From assembly GCA_965198115.1 (NCBI GenBank), contig OZ240241.1:2432001-2496000 (forward strand): DNA of 64,000 nucleotides. Direction: 5' to 3'. The translations under genes were made by a program, and so were the position numbers. Shown in pieces: positions 50,713 through 61,895 of this stretch (its first letter is position 1; the number at the start of each line of letters is the position of its first letter). The notes under the pieces were generated by a model. That model made no database searches and was not told the DNA's origin. It saw nothing but the letters and a program-made list of their open reading frames with translations. This DNA comes from Candidatus Latescibacterota bacterium (lineage in GTDB: Bacteria > Latescibacterota > UBA2968).

Positions 50713-51144
50713 TCAGAGACCTAGCTCACAGGTCCCTGTATCGCATTCGACTCGTCCGAAGCGGTGTCGATTGCGGGCGATGATACCATAGCACGCACGA
50801 AAAAATGTCGAGAAGACAGGCACCCTGTAGAGCCACGTAATCAGGTGGAGAGGCGGGATCCGACGATAGATCTCATAGATCGCGTCTGAACCCACGTAGA
50901 TTATTTCGGCACCGGCCGTGGGCCCAGACCGCTCGGACACGGCCGAAACAAACCGGAGACCGGTGTTGAAATCCGACTCCTCGAGCCTTGGAAACCGAAC
51001 CGCGACACCATCGGTCTGTCGCGGCAAGTACTCGAACTGATCCCTTCGATCGAGCTTCTGGATTCTCCGGATGCTCCACTGACAGAACCGGCATTCGCCG
51101 TCGTAAACGATCACCTGATTTTCCAAACGACCACCCTTCCTCAC
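50713..51144 (-). CDS. DCC1-like thiol-disulfide oxidoreductase (DUF393)
   Basis: YDGECRFC; YGIIARNRH. Confidence 0.85.
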   Translation of the reverse strand: MRKGGRLENQVIVYDGECRFCQWSIRRIQKLDRRDQFEYLPRQTDGVAVRFPRLEESDFNTGLRFVSAVSERSGPTAGAEIIYVGSDAIYEIYRRIPPLHLITWLYRVPVFSTFFRACYGIIARNRHRFGRVECDTGTCELGL

Positions 51145-51213
51145 CGCAGGTTGAGTTGCACGTCACTGCCCGCGGTCTGTACGGCGTTGATCTGAAATAT
51201 CAGATGAACCCAA

Positions 51214-52227
51214 CTAAAAGTCGTTGTTCACTTTGACCGGCTGGCCTGTGCGCAACGACTCCCAACACGCAAGCCCCGTCGCCACGATCCTCGCACCGTC
51301 CCGAACATCGACCCACGGTTTTGTTCCGTTCATCACACAATCGGCCATATGGCGAAGCATCACGATCATCTCGCCATAGTGTCCTCGCCCGTCTGGAAAC
51401 GTCGTAACCGTCGTCCGTGAGGGTGACGGCCAATCAGGATCCAGCCGCTTCTCGCCATCTCGAATCGTTCCCTTCGTCCCGTAGACGGTCAGGCTGTTCC
51501 CCTTCACGCCTGGCGGGTGGATTGCTCCGAGGATGTTCGCGACCCGGCCGATTTTCCCGCTCATGAACCGGCAGTTGATCAGGAAATTGTCCTCCTGCGG
51601 GTAGTCCACCGATACGCCACTGCGCAATCCATAACAGTGGACTTCCTCGATGTCGCCCATAAACCATCTGAGCAAATCGATCGGATGGCACGCGCCACCC
51701 AGGATCAGGTCCTGCGGCATCTGGACCCGCCACGGAGAGTAGTCATAGACCGGACGGAGATCGTGAACGTAGTGCGCCTCCGCCAGGAACAGCTCTCCGA
51801 GCTCACCCGCGTCGCAGGCGCGTTTGGCTTCGATGAAGTCGTAGCGCCCTCTCATCGTCTGAGTAACGAGCAGAACGCGTTTCGATCGATCGACTGCCGC
51901 TATGACCGTCTCGACTTCATCCATCGTGTAAACCATCGATTTGGTTACCATCACGTGCTTGCCCGCCGCCAACGCTTTTAGGATCTGGTCGGCGTGGAGA
52001 GGGCCGGGCGTGTAGATTCCGATGATATCCACATCCGTCTCGCAGAGTGCGTCGAACGAAGTCGTCTTCTGGGCGATTCCGTGCTCATCCGCGAGTCTCG
52101 AAAGCGCATCATCCTTCGTATCGCAGAGCGCGGTTACCCGAATAGGAATGTCGTCCTGCGTATTCGCGCCCAGAAGCGTCCGGCCGTGGCCGAGTCCGGC
52201 CACTCCTATAGTTAGTGATCGAGTCAT
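51214..52227 (-). CDS. Gfo/Idh/MocA oxidoreductase
   Basis: GVAGLG, TPGPLH, GKHV, HPIDL. Confidence 0.9.
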   Translation of the reverse strand: MTRSLTIGVAGLGHGRTLLGANTQDDIPIRVTALCDTKDDALSRLADEHGIAQKTTSFDALCETDVDIIGIYTPGPLHADQILKALAAGKHVMVTKSMVYTMDEVETVIAAVDRSKRVLLVTQTMRGRYDFIEAKRACDAGELGELFLAEAHYVHDLRPVYDYSPWRVQMPQDLILGGACHPIDLLRWFMGDIEEVHCYGLRSGVSVDYPQEDNFLINCRFMSGKIGRVANILGAIHPPGVKGNSLTVYGTKGTIRDGEKRLDPDWPSPSRTTVTTFPDGRGHYGEMIVMLRHMADCVMNGTKPWVDVRDGARIVATGLACWESLRTGQPVKVNNDF

Positions 52228-52295
52228 TCAACCGTTCCTGTTTGAAATGACGATCGCGGTCTTCGGCAGGCGGCAGAATCGTCGAAGCCAGAGGT

Positions 52296-53048
52296 TTACC
52301 AGCGAAGTACGCCTCCGAGAAGCAACTTCTGATCGGGCGTTCCATTCTCCTTCAACGCGGTCACCTTGGGTCCATCGAACGGTTCTCTCGACTTCATCCA
52401 CGCATTTTGGTAACACATCAGACACACACGGCGTCTCTCGTTAGACGTATTGGCTGCGCCCCGGTGGTAGAGCCACCCGTCGAACATCACCGCCTGACCG
52501 GGCTTCGCGTAGACCCGTTTTTCGTCGGGAAACTTAGGATGTCCTTCGGGAGGCTTGAACGGCGCGCGATGGCTGCCCGGGACAATCACGATCGGACCGT
52601 TCTCTTCGGTCAGCACATCCAGGAAGTAGCCACAGTTGATCTGTCCCGGTAGACTCCCGTAGGGCGTACTGTCGGGATCCATCGGCCACGGCCCATCGCG
52701 ATGCCAGTGCTGATCTTCCTGCCCCGGTTCGGTCACACGCGCCGTCGCACTGTGCAGCTGAACGCACGTCCCCAGAATCGCCTTCATGCGATCAAGAATC
52801 GGCGTGTGATCGAGCAGGAAGGCGAAATCGTCGTCCTCCTCCAGAAGCTGATGGATGAAGGGTTCGCCTAGACGTTCGTATGCGTCGTCAAGAGCGCGCC
52901 GTAATGAGCCGACTTGTTTCTCGTCAATCGCATCCTCTACGACCAGATACCCCCACTTCCGAAAGAATCGGACGTCGGCTTCGATCGCCGGTGTGACCTC
53001 CGGGTTCATCTGTTGGGGAACGATGGCTGGATCGTAGTCCCTGGCCAT
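52296..53048 (-). CDS. PhyH-family dioxygenase
   Basis: WGYLVVEDA, WHRD, VPGSH, YHRG. Confidence 0.9.
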   Translation of the reverse strand: MARDYDPAIVPQQMNPEVTPAIEADVRFFRKWGYLVVEDAIDEKQVGSLRRALDDAYERLGEPFIHQLLEEDDDFAFLLDHTPILDRMKAILGTCVQLHSATARVTEPGQEDQHWHRDGPWPMDPDSTPYGSLPGQINCGYFLDVLTEENGPIVIVPGSHRAPFKPPEGHPKFPDEKRVYAKPGQAVMFDGWLYHRGAANTSNERRRVCLMCYQNAWMKSREPFDGPKVTALKENGTPDQKLLLGGVLRW

Positions 53049-53255
53049 TCCAGCGTGCCTTTCGGTGATCGGAAATCTCGGGTGCCTGTCAGAGTCAGCG
53101 GCAAGATAGAAAGGGGCCAACTGCACTGCAACCTCGCTCGACGGATCTGGCCGGTAATCTCCCTCTTCAATTTGCGCGATGGATCAGCTTGAGTATCTTC
53201 CCATCCCATTCGTCCCTTGCCCGGCCACCGAACCGATCCCACGCACTGACCAACG

Positions 53256-54467
53256 ATGTCACCAAGAGCCAAAATCATCATTCTCATCAGCTCCCTGACA
53301 GTCACGATCGCCATGGGTGCGCGGCAGTCGTTCGGCCTCTTTCTCCAGCCCATTTCCGAAGCGCTCTCAACCGGGCGGGAAACATTCAGCCTGGCCATGG
53401 CCGTTCAAAACATCCTGTTCGGGATCCCTTTAGCTGGAATTCTCGCGGATCGTGTTGGCCACAGATGGGTTGTCGTGGCTGGGGCTGCCATCTACGCCGG
53501 CGGATTCTCCCTCCTCTCCTTCGGCTCGTCGACGCCCGCCCTCTACCTGGGCCTGGGGGGTATGGTCGGGCTCGCACTCAGCGCGACGTCCTATGTCGTC
53601 ATCCTGGGCGCGGTCGCGCAGGTCGTTCCGCCGGAAAAGAGAGGAACCGCCTTCGGCATCGTCACGGCAGCGGGGTCTTTCGGCATGTTCGCCGTCGTAC
53701 CGATCGTTCAGTTTCTTCTGAACTCTTTCGGCTGGCAGACGACGCTGCTGTATGCCGCCGGCGTGGTCGGTGTGATCGCCCTGTTCGCGCTCGGATTCCC
53801 TACGCGTGTGGCGAGCAGTTCAGATGGGAGCCAAAACATGATCGAGGAATCCTTCGGAGGCATCCTCGGCCAGGCCCGTTCCCACTCAGGCTACCTGCTG
53901 CTCAACGCAGGATTCTTCGTGTGCGGATTCCACGTGGCTTTCATCGCGACGCATCTGCCTTCCTTCCTTGCCGACCACGGCCTTCCAAAGATGATCGCCG
54001 CAACCGCGCTTTCCCTCATCGGACTGTTCAACATGGTGGGCTCGTTTCTGTTCGGGCGGCTCGGCGACCGCTATCGCAAGAAGTATCTATTGAGCTTTTT
54101 ATACTTCACGCGGGCCGTCGTCATCAGCTGTTTCATCATCGTCCCGGTCACCAGCACATCCGCCCTGGTCTTTGCGGCCATCATCGGTTTCCTCTGGCTC
54201 GCCACGGTCCCCCTGACGAGTGGTACGGTGGCTCAAATCTTTGGCACTCGTCATCTGTCCTCTCTCTATGGCATTGTTTTCTTCAGCCACCAGATCGGCA
54301 GTTTTCTCGGCGTGTGGCTAGGCGGCCGTATCTATGACGCCACAGGATCCTACAACCCCGTGTGGATCGGGGCCATTGCCCTCGGTGTCGCCGCCGCGCT
54401 CGTACACCTGCCGATCCGCGACGAAGCTCTGGGCAAAACTGCACCCACCGAAGTCGCCGCATCCTGA
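53256..54467 (+). CDS. MFS transporter
   Basis: About 12 hydrophobic segments; GFFVCGFH, HQIGSFLG. Confidence 0.92.
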   Translation: MSPRAKIIILISSLTVTIAMGARQSFGLFLQPISEALSTGRETFSLAMAVQNILFGIPLAGILADRVGHRWVVVAGAAIYAGGFSLLSFGSSTPALYLGLGGMVGLALSATSYVVILGAVAQVVPPEKRGTAFGIVTAAGSFGMFAVVPIVQFLLNSFGWQTTLLYAAGVVGVIALFALGFPTRVASSSDGSQNMIEESFGGILGQARSHSGYLLLNAGFFVCGFHVAFIATHLPSFLADHGLPKMIAATALSLIGLFNMVGSFLFGRLGDRYRKKYLLSFLYFTRAVVISCFIIVPVTSTSALVFAAIIGFLWLATVPLTSGTVAQIFGTRHLSSLYGIVFFSHQIGSFLGVWLGGRIYDATGSYNPVWIGAIALGVAAALVHLPIRDEALGKTAPTEVAAS

Positions 54468-54692
54468 TCAACCAGAACAGCAGAAACTCAGAGAAACTGA
54501 TCGTCGACTGCGGCAATTCTGGGTGGACTGCAGGATCGACGGATTCCGTGTTCACGCAGACAAACGGCTAGGTAGTCGATGACGACCCTTTAAAGGCTGC
54601 GACTGGCTCGATGATGAGCAGGTTAGTCGTGCGAGACTGGCGGGAATTGTAGGAAGGTATGCGGCAGGAGTAATCGTCACCGTGTGCGTATC

Positions 54693-56126
54693 TTAACAGA
54701 CCAGCCCGTCGACGAATTCATCGACCGGCATCTGCTCGAACCGCTCCTGCGATTCACACGTCTCCAAAAAAGTCGCACATCGGTCCGGAGGAAGACGCTT
54801 TTCGATCACCCGGGTGTACTTCTCCCTCAATAGTGGAAACGCCTCGTCCCGCCGGCGACGATGTCCGATTGGATACCCGACCTCAACGCGATCGGTCGAC
54901 GTCCCATCCTCGAAGAACACGCGAACCGCGTTCGGAATCGCTCGCTTCTCCGGGTCGAAGTATTCCTGAGTGAACGCCTCGTTCTCGCGAACTGTCATCC
55001 TGTCACGTAGCGCATCGATCCTCGGGTCCGAGGCGGCTTCCTCTTCATAATCCTCGGCCGTGAGGTTCCCCTTTGCGAGGGGCACGGCTACCATGTACTG
55101 AATGCAGTGGTCACGGTCGGCGGGGTTGGCGAGCGGACCCGTCTTGTCGATGATGCGGGCACCGGCTTCCTGAGTTTCGATCTCGATTCGCTCGATTTCA
55201 TCGAGACGATCGGCTACGGCCGGATGAAGCTGAACAGCCGCCTCGACCGCCGTCTGTGCGTGGAATTCCGCCGGGTAGGACACTTTGAAGAGCACGTGCT
55301 CCATCACATACGACCCGAGCACGCGGCCCAGCTTCAGGCTGTTCCCGCCGAACAGAACGTCCTGAAAACCCCATCCCTCCGCCGTCAGCGCGGACGGATA
55401 GCCCATCTCCCCGCGCAGACTCTGCAGAGCCGTCCAGACACCCCGGCTCGTTGCATCGCCCGCCGCCCAGCTCTTGCGAGACCCGGTGTTGGGTGCGTGG
55501 CGATACGTTCTGAGCGCCCCTCCGTCGATCCAGGCGTTCGACAGGGCATCGATCACCTGTTCACGTGAGCCGCCGAGCATGGCCGTCGCCACGGCCGTCG
55601 AAGCGATCCGCACGAGCAGCACGTGGTCGAGCCCTACCCGGTTGAAGCTGTTCTCCAGGGCGAGCACGCCCTGAATCTCGTGCGCCTTGATCGCCCAGGC
55701 GAGGACCTCGCGCATCGACAGACGCTCGCCCGTCCGGCTGAGATAGTCGGCGACGGCAAGGATGCCTCCGAGGTTGTCAGACGGGTGCCCCCACTCGGCG
55801 GCCAGCCACGTATCGTTGTAATCGAGCCAGCGGATCATCGCCCCGATGTTGTGGGCCGCACGTACGGGATCCAGCTCGAAGGACGTGCCCGGCACGCGGG
55901 CACCCGGCTTCATCACCGCCCCCGGGACGATAGGGCCGAGCAACTTCGTGCACGCCGGGTAGTCGAGCGACATCAGCGCACAGGCGACCGAATCCACAAC
56001 ACAGTAGCGTGCAGTCACCATGGCTTCCTCGCTGCTCGTCACATCGTACGCGAGGACATACTCGGCCACCGTCTCGAACAACGCGTCAGGGCCTGGTCGA
56101 CGGGTGTCCTTCGTCGGGGCGCTCAC
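54693..56126 (-). CDS. prpD: 2-methylcitrate dehydratase
   Basis: [47 protein letters not shown]. Confidence 0.95.
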   Translation of the reverse strand: MSAPTKDTRRPGPDALFETVAEYVLAYDVTSSEEAMVTARYCVVDSVACALMSLDYPACTKLLGPIVPGAVMKPGARVPGTSFELDPVRAAHNIGAMIRWLDYNDTWLAAEWGHPSDNLGGILAVADYLSRTGERLSMREVLAWAIKAHEIQGVLALENSFNRVGLDHVLLVRIASTAVATAMLGGSREQVIDALSNAWIDGGALRTYRHAPNTGSRKSWAAGDATSRGVWTALQSLRGEMGYPSALTAEGWGFQDVLFGGNSLKLGRVLGSYVMEHVLFKVSYPAEFHAQTAVEAAVQLHPAVADRLDEIERIEIETQEAGARIIDKTGPLANPADRDHCIQYMVAVPLAKGNLTAEDYEEEAASDPRIDALRDRMTVRENEAFTQEYFDPEKRAIPNAVRVFFEDGTSTDRVEVGYPIGHRRRRDEAFPLLREKYTRVIEKRLPPDRCATFLETCESQERFEQMPVDEFVDGLVC

Positions 56127-56156
56127 GCGCGTGGCGCTCCCACTTGCGACACCCCG

Positions 56157-57047
56157 TCACGATGACACATCACCGTCGGTTCCCTCCTCGAACAGCTCGT
56201 CGATCTTGCGCTCGAAGGCTTCGTATCTCAAAACATCGTAGAGCTCGGCTCTCGTCTGCATTTCCGGCAGAAGACCCGACTGCGTCCCCTCTTCACGTAT
56301 CGTCCTGTAGACCGAAAGAGCGGCCTTGCTCATCGCCCTGAATGCCGACAGGGGATAGAGCACGCAACGGACGCCTGCTTCGCCCAACTCTTTCACCGTA
56401 AACATCGGCGTCTGTCCAAATTCGGTAATGTTGGCAAGCACGGGGGCCCCCGCATCCGCCACGAACCGACGGTACTCCTCCAGTTCGGTCACGGCCTCTG
56501 CGAAGAGGATGTCCGCTCCTGCTTCGACATACCGGCAGGATCGATCGACGGCGGCATTCAACCCTTCCGAGGCGAGGGCGTCCGTCCGTGCGACGACGAC
56601 AAACTGATCGTCGGATCGGGCGTCGACGGCGCTCTTGATCCGGTCGACCATCTCCTGGCACGACACGAGTTCCTTGCCGGGCCGGTGCCCGCACCGCTTC
56701 ATCTGCACCTGATCTTCGATGTGACAGGCGGCCGCTCCAGCGCGGGTCAACTCCCGAATCGTTCGCGCAATCATCAGCGCCGCCCCCCAACCCGTGTCGG
56801 CATCGACCAGCATCGGAAGATCCGTGGCGCCCGTGATCCGCCGCACGTCCTCTGCGACGTCATTCAGGGACGTCAGCGCCAGATCGGGCAAACCGAACGA
56901 CGCATTCGCCACGCCCCCACCCGACAGGTAGATGGCACGGTAACCGCTCTGCTCCGCGAGCAGTGCCGTGTAGGCATTGATCGTCCCGACGATCTGCAAA
57001 GGGCGCTCGGCCGCCATCGCCTCGCGCAGAAATTTCCCCTTACTCAC
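56157..57047 (-). CDS. prpB: 2-methylisocitrate lyase
   Basis: [35 protein letters not shown] at 57047 after GGAGG. Confidence 0.95.
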   Translation of the reverse strand: MSKGKFLREAMAAERPLQIVGTINAYTALLAEQSGYRAIYLSGGGVANASFGLPDLALTSLNDVAEDVRRITGATDLPMLVDADTGWGAALMIARTIRELTRAGAAACHIEDQVQMKRCGHRPGKELVSCQEMVDRIKSAVDARSDDQFVVVARTDALASEGLNAAVDRSCRYVEAGADILFAEAVTELEEYRRFVADAGAPVLANITEFGQTPMFTVKELGEAGVRCVLYPLSAFRAMSKAALSVYRTIREEGTQSGLLPEMQTRAELYDVLRYEAFERKIDELFEEGTDGDVSS

Positions 57048-57073
57048 CTTGAGTCCTCCATCCAACAGAAGGG

Positions 57074-57970
57074 CTATACCCGCATCGTCCTGCCGGAGAT
57101 CCCGCGACCGATCTTGGCATTCTCCTCGCTCCCACCCGAGAGGATTCGCACGCCCCAATCCATCAGGTATCTCACTTTCGCTTCGGTGTCGAGCGAGGGG
57201 TCGTTCCACGAGCTTAAAAATGCGACACCGGCCCGGTCGCAGGCGCCCTTGACCATCTGCCGGGCGTTCTCCATTTCTGGCGGATACGGAGGATCGTGCG
57301 AGTCCGCGTGCCCGAACGACATCCCCATATCGCCAGGCCCCCACTCCGCAAAGGCTAAACCAGGCACCTGTGCGATGTATTCGGCGTTTGCGGCTCCCTC
57401 GCGATCCTCGATCTTCAAACCCAGCATCAGCTCGCCGTCGGGGTTGAGCGGCCACGGATCCGCCGCCTTCGTGTACTCCGGGGCTTTCACCCCCCAGATG
57501 CCGGCGGCGTAGCCCTGTCCACCCGACCCTCGCTGGCCCTGCCGCAAGCCACCACCCAGACCTGCCGTTTGGAACGGGTACCGACATTCTTCGACAAACG
57601 CCTTGACCGCGTCGGCCTGTCGAGCGTGAGTATGCAAAATCCCGTGGACTCCGGCTGCCAGGACCTGCCGGATCTGCCAGCCGTTGGCACGAACCTCGTA
57701 GTCCGTTCGGGCGTTCGACGGCAGCGTCGTCAGAACGGTCGGAGTTCTGTGGCCGGAATTGGTCGGCCCACCGTCTACCAGCCCCTGCATGAAGGCCCGC
57801 AATCCAGCGATGTCGAACGGACTGTGCTCGAAGTCCGCCATCAGAAAGTCGGCCCACGTCTTCGCTTGCTTCTTTCCGTTCTCGTAGGTCAGCTCTCCGG
57901 CCCCCGAGTAGTAGAGGTATTCGCCCTGGTCGAGTAGTTCGATACTCTTATTGATCCGCGTTTTGGCCAT
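57074..57970 (-). CDS. HpcH/HpaI aldolase/citrate lyase family protein
   Basis: DFEH, LKIED, WGPGDMG; GAGGAGG RBS before MAKTRIN. Confidence 0.8.
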   Translation of the reverse strand: MAKTRINKSIELLDQGEYLYYSGAGELTYENGKKQAKTWADFLMADFEHSPFDIAGLRAFMQGLVDGGPTNSGHRTPTVLTTLPSNARTDYEVRANGWQIRQVLAAGVHGILHTHARQADAVKAFVEECRYPFQTAGLGGGLRQGQRGSGGQGYAAGIWGVKAPEYTKAADPWPLNPDGELMLGLKIEDREGAANAEYIAQVPGLAFAEWGPGDMGMSFGHADSHDPPYPPEMENARQMVKGACDRAGVAFLSSWNDPSLDTEAKVRYLMDWGVRILSGGSEENAKIGRGISGRTMRV

Positions 57971-58122
57971 TCCCCCTCCTCGTGTGCTTGCGTGATCAGC
58001 TTGAACGATCGATTCAGCGTGCCTCCCGACAGCGTGATCAAGTTCGCACCCAAACCGTCTCCAAACAAGAACCCCCCGCGACAGAAATCGCGAGGGGCAG
58101 ACCGAACTCGGCGCTCCGTTGC

Positions 58123-58983
58123 TCAGGCGGGTGGCTTCCACCTCCTGACACGTCGCTTGAAACAGCGATCGAGCTCCTGACGGATGGCCTGAACATCCTT
58201 GAATCGGTCGCCGAACACCGAGAGCATGTACCCACCCGCAATCTGTTCGGGACACGCGAACATCTCTCGCCCAGGCTCCGCGGCCTCGAGCCAGCAACCG
58301 ATAACCTGGTCCGCGAAGACGAGCCAGTCCTTGAACTCGGGCGTCAGCTGTCCCTTTCGACCCAACGCCGGAACCTGCGCGTGATGGCCGTTGAACGGGC
58401 GAAAGTGAAACTGCTGCGCCAGCTGAATCAGGTCCGGCCGCTCGGCGAGTCGGTCCCAGTATGGGGGCGATAGATGTTTGATGACTGCGGGATGCGAGAA
58501 ATCCCACGTCATCTTGAGCGGGTGTCCCTCGGCCTTTTCGTAACCGGCGGCCAGGGCGTAGGTCTTTTCGGGGGTTTCGGTGCACGTATCGCGATGGACC
58601 TCGATGGCCACGTCCATCTCGAGGGCGTCGGCCGCGTCCATCACGCGTCGCGCGACCGCGACCGCCCGTTCGGTCGGGGTGTCGTGATCGAGCATCTGAA
58701 CGTTCACGCACCGCGCCCCGGCCTTCTTGATGGCCCGGAATTTGGGCTTGATCTCCGGAATCCCACCGACGTCGGTCGTGGCTGCAAAGATGAGTCCGGA
58801 CTGCTCGACGTGCTCAGACGTGATCATCGGAATCCGGCCCAGAAACCCGTCAAACCCCGCCCGCTTGATCCGCTTCAGCTTTTCGGGAATGTCCCATTCC
58901 CCCTTCTTCCCACCGTAGCCTCCCAGCGTACCCACCGAACACATGTGACGGATCGCGGGACTGGGTGTCTTCGCTTTTGCCAA
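58123..58983 (-). CDS. Xylose-isomerase-like TIM barrel protein
   Basis: IEVHR, WDFSH, HFR, CPE; GGAGG before TTG. Confidence 0.75.
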   Translation of the reverse strand: MAKAKTPSPAIRHMCSVGTLGGYGGKKGEWDIPEKLKRIKRAGFDGFLGRIPMITSEHVEQSGLIFAATTDVGGIPEIKPKFRAIKKAGARCVNVQMLDHDTPTERAVAVARRVMDAADALEMDVAIEVHRDTCTETPEKTYALAAGYEKAEGHPLKMTWDFSHPAVIKHLSPPYWDRLAERPDLIQLAQQFHFRPFNGHHAQVPALGRKGQLTPEFKDWLVFADQVIGCWLEAAEPGREMFACPEQIAGGYMLSVFGDRFKDVQAIRQELDRCFKRRVRRWKPPA

Positions 58984-58999
58984 GATCGCCTCCGGGAAT

Positions 59000-59358
59000 T
59001 TACTTCGCCAGAACGCCCTGAACGGCATCCAAAAGCTGCGCGAACTCGAAAGGTTTGGGAATCGTCATCTCGACGCCCAGCTCTTCCAAATACTGAATCC
59101 GTTCTTCGTTCAGGTTCGCGCTGAGGATGATCACCGGCACCTCCACGCCCTCCTGCTTTGCAGGATGAGAATGAACTGATCCCCCGGCGTGGGCATCACC
59201 AGATCCGACACCACGAGGTCGATCTCTTCCCAGTTCACTTCTTCCAGAGCAGGCGCAGCGTCCTCGAACGCGAGAACCTCGTGACCGTCCCTCTCCAACA
59301 CTCGCGTGATCGCCACGCGGATGGTGTTTTCATCGTCCATGACTACGATTTTTGCCAT
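59000..59358 (-). CDS. Single-domain response regulator, frameshifted at ~59158
   Basis: VMDD, SDLVMP; second frame PVIILSA...PKPF...LAK*. Confidence 0.85.
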
Positions 59359-59360
59359 TC

Positions 59361-59552
59361 CTAACGCCCTTCGTCTGTGGTTCGACCCGAACGACTGGCC
59401 TCGGTCTCGGCGGAGGCCAGAAGCCGAGCGTTGAAGGTCCGCCCATCTTCCAGGGCCCGTGAGGGAACCTCGAACAGCCGCTCGAGGATCGTGTTGACTT
59501 CATCGAGTCCGAAGTCGGCTTCGACTTCTACAACGATTTTATAGGTCGGCAC
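59361..59552 (-). CDS. Small hypothetical protein
   Basis: GAGGG RBS; ends 2 bp before the response regulator. Confidence 0.55.
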   Translation of the reverse strand: MPTYKIVVEVEADFGLDEVNTILERLFEVPSRALEDGRTFNARLLASAETEASRSGRTTDEGR

Positions 59553-59630
59553 ACTATCCCTCTCGCATCAAGGCCCTCAATATAGGCGCCGGACAGAAAT
59601 CACAAAAGGCCGGATCGGCCGCTCGGCGTC

Positions 59631-61895
59631 TCAGTCGTCGGCCAATTCGGCACTCGCTGAATCGGCCGCAGAATGCCGTGCTGCCCGCATTTTCCACCAC
59701 ACCCTCATCCTCTCTCGAGGAATCGCTTCGTCCTCGAACGGAACGGTCAGGACGGACTCGGCGTTGAAAGCCACCTCCTCCGGCGTGAACCAGGCACGCT
59801 TCAGACGACCGTCCGTCTGTCGCTCGGCCTGATCGCTGTAGTGACTCGAGGACGTATCCTCGCTGCTGCCGAACGGCACGAGACTCCACGCCTCCGGTTG
59901 ATCATCGAGCGCGACCACGAGGGTGAACGCCGACCCTCCCGTCACCCGATGAATCCCGTCCTCTCCCGGTTCCGACCAGGTCGCGTGGACGGCATCCACA
60001 CCGTTCGGGGTTCCGCCCGTTGGAAACATCGACGTGCCACGTTCGATCACGTGGACTTCGCCCCATCTCATATCCAGCCGCCCATACGTTTCCACGAGGT
60101 AGGCCACGGTCTGCTGCAACGCATCCACGGCCACTCGCTCTAGCACCGTAATGTTTTCCCGCTGATCCTTCGGAAGCTGAGCGACGAGCGGCGCGAACCT
60201 CCGCTGCCACGTCGCGAACAGCAGCACAGATCGGCTGTCGACGTCGGCTCGGTTGTCCCAGGACCGCAGCAGATTGATGGCTTGAGCGACGAGCGCGTCG
60301 GGATCGTAGAGCTCCTGCCAGATTCGGTTGTATCCGCTCAGGATCAGCCCCTTGAGCTCTTCTGCGGCGATCAGATAACTGTCTCGCGAGAAGGCCACGA
60401 GCTCGTCGACCGAAACGACGCCGCGTGAAGCCAGCCACGTTCGTGTTCGACGTCCCCGATCGGTCACCCGTCCCCACCCGAGCGATGCGGGGTAATCAGA
60501 CCTGTCGAGCAGTTGCTCCGATGTCAGCGCGTCGGGAGGCACGTTGCAGTTCTGCATAAAACCCGAAACGGGATTGATCACCTGCGGCAGCTGTGAAAAA
60601 GGCAGGACGCCGCGCCACTCGGATTCTTTCGTCCACCCTGGGACGGGAGACTCCCAGTCGAACTTGTCGGATCGAAGGGGCGAGCGGGCGACGAAGGCAT
60701 AGTAGGTCGTGCCTTCCGTATCTCCATACATCACGTTGATCGCCGGAATCTGGAGTCGCGATACGGCCGACCTGAACTGCGCGAGATCCTGCGCACGTCC
60801 CATTTCGTGGAGCTGACCCACGACATTGGCGATGTCATCCATCGGAGCTCTGGCGGCGTAGGCCCAGTTTTCCCCGATCTTGTAGACGGGGCCGTGGTGG
60901 GTGTAGAGAACCTCCCTCGAAATCTTCTCCACGCCCGTCCCCCGGCGAACTCGGATTTCGATCTGTCTGGATGAAACGCGCTCCCTTTCACGCTCGTAGA
61001 GGTAGCGGCGCGAATTCGCCCGATCCAGCTTCACCTCGTAGAGGTCGAACACGTCGGCTTCGTTCGCTGTAAACGACCACGCCATCTTCCCGTTGTGTCC
61101 CTGAAAGATCACCGGCCAGCCGAAGAACGTCCCGCCGTAGACGTTCAGACCCTCACCGCTCACGAGGTGGGCCTCGTAAATGCGGAAGGGGGTGTCCCAC
61201 GGGAAGTGCAGGTCCGACATCATGAGCGTCCGCCCGCTGCGGCTCCGTGTCGGGGACACCACCACCTGGTTCGAGCCGAGGATTCCGAGCGGTGCGGTCG
61301 TCGACAGCCCCTTCGAGGCGAGTTCGGGGTAGCCCTGCCGTTCGACGAACTGCAAGATCAACCATCGCGTCGCGGCAACGACATCTGTCGCCCGAACGGG
61401 CTCTACCCACGAGGGCAGAACCTGCCGGTGAATGTCGATGTAGTGATTGACGCCGTCGGCGAACGCACCGATGATGCGTCGAGTCCGCTCCGGTATCGTG
61501 CCATACAGCTCCCCCGCGACACGATCGATACGCCACGTGCGCGATCTGAAATCGGATTCGATCGCTGACGGCCCGACGACCTCGGCAGCCTCCCCTTTGG
61601 CCTGTTTGTAACTCACCAGCATGCCTATGAGGTGGTCCTCGGCCTGGGCAAACCCGAATCCAAACGCCACATCGGCGTCAGTGGAACCGTAAATGTGGGG
61701 GATTCCGTAACGGTCTCTGATGATGCGCGCGCGCTCCGCGGGAGGGAGGAACAGGGAATCACCGAGGGTGGCGATCACCGAATCCACAAGGGGTACCGCC
61801 AGAAGACTGTCCAGCCCTTCATCCGACGTTCCATCCGTCTGCGCGCAGACGGCGGACACCCACACGAGCAGGAAGGCGATCAGTCGCACGCTCAC
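59631..61895 (-). CDS. Penicillin acylase family (S45 Ntn hydrolase)
   Basis: RDRYGIPHIYG, GFAQAED, GSN nucleophile, YEAHL, HYSDQ; GTGA overlap with the upstream gene. Confidence 0.92.
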   Translation of the reverse strand: MSVRLIAFLLVWVSAVCAQTDGTSDEGLDSLLAVPLVDSVIATLGDSLFLPPAERARIIRDRYGIPHIYGSTDADVAFGFGFAQAEDHLIGMLVSYKQAKGEAAEVVGPSAIESDFRSRTWRIDRVAGELYGTIPERTRRIIGAFADGVNHYIDIHRQVLPSWVEPVRATDVVAATRWLILQFVERQGYPELASKGLSTTAPLGILGSNQVVVSPTRSRSGRTLMMSDLHFPWDTPFRIYEAHLVSGEGLNVYGGTFFGWPVIFQGHNGKMAWSFTANEADVFDLYEVKLDRANSRRYLYERERERVSSRQIEIRVRRGTGVEKISREVLYTHHGPVYKIGENWAYAARAPMDDIANVVGQLHEMGRAQDLAQFRSAVSRLQIPAINVMYGDTEGTTYYAFVARSPLRSDKFDWESPVPGWTKESEWRGVLPFSQLPQVINPVSGFMQNCNVPPDALTSEQLLDRSDYPASLGWGRVTDRGRRTRTWLASRGVVSVDELVAFSRDSYLIAAEELKGLILSGYNRIWQELYDPDALVAQAINLLRSWDNRADVDSRSVLLFATWQRRFAPLVAQLPKDQRENITVLERVAVDALQQTVAYLVETYGRLDMRWGEVHVIERGTSMFPTGGTPNGVDAVHATWSEPGEDGIHRVTGGSAFTLVVALDDQPEAWSLVPFGSSEDTSSSHYSDQAERQTDGRLKRAWFTPEEVAFNAESVLTVPFEDEAIPRERMRVWWKMRAARHSAADSASAELADD

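Noticed and set aside
57048-57857. Long N-terminal extension of PrpB (566-aa ORF), and similar extensions on the aldolase, penicillin acylase and M28 ORFs
   Set aside because: They overlap neighbouring real genes in another frame or are low-complexity read-through. RBS-supported starts lie downstream.
59140-59170. Truncated 75-aa response regulator as a novel short form
   Set aside because: The remainder of the receiver domain is intact in the adjacent frame, so this is a simple indel.
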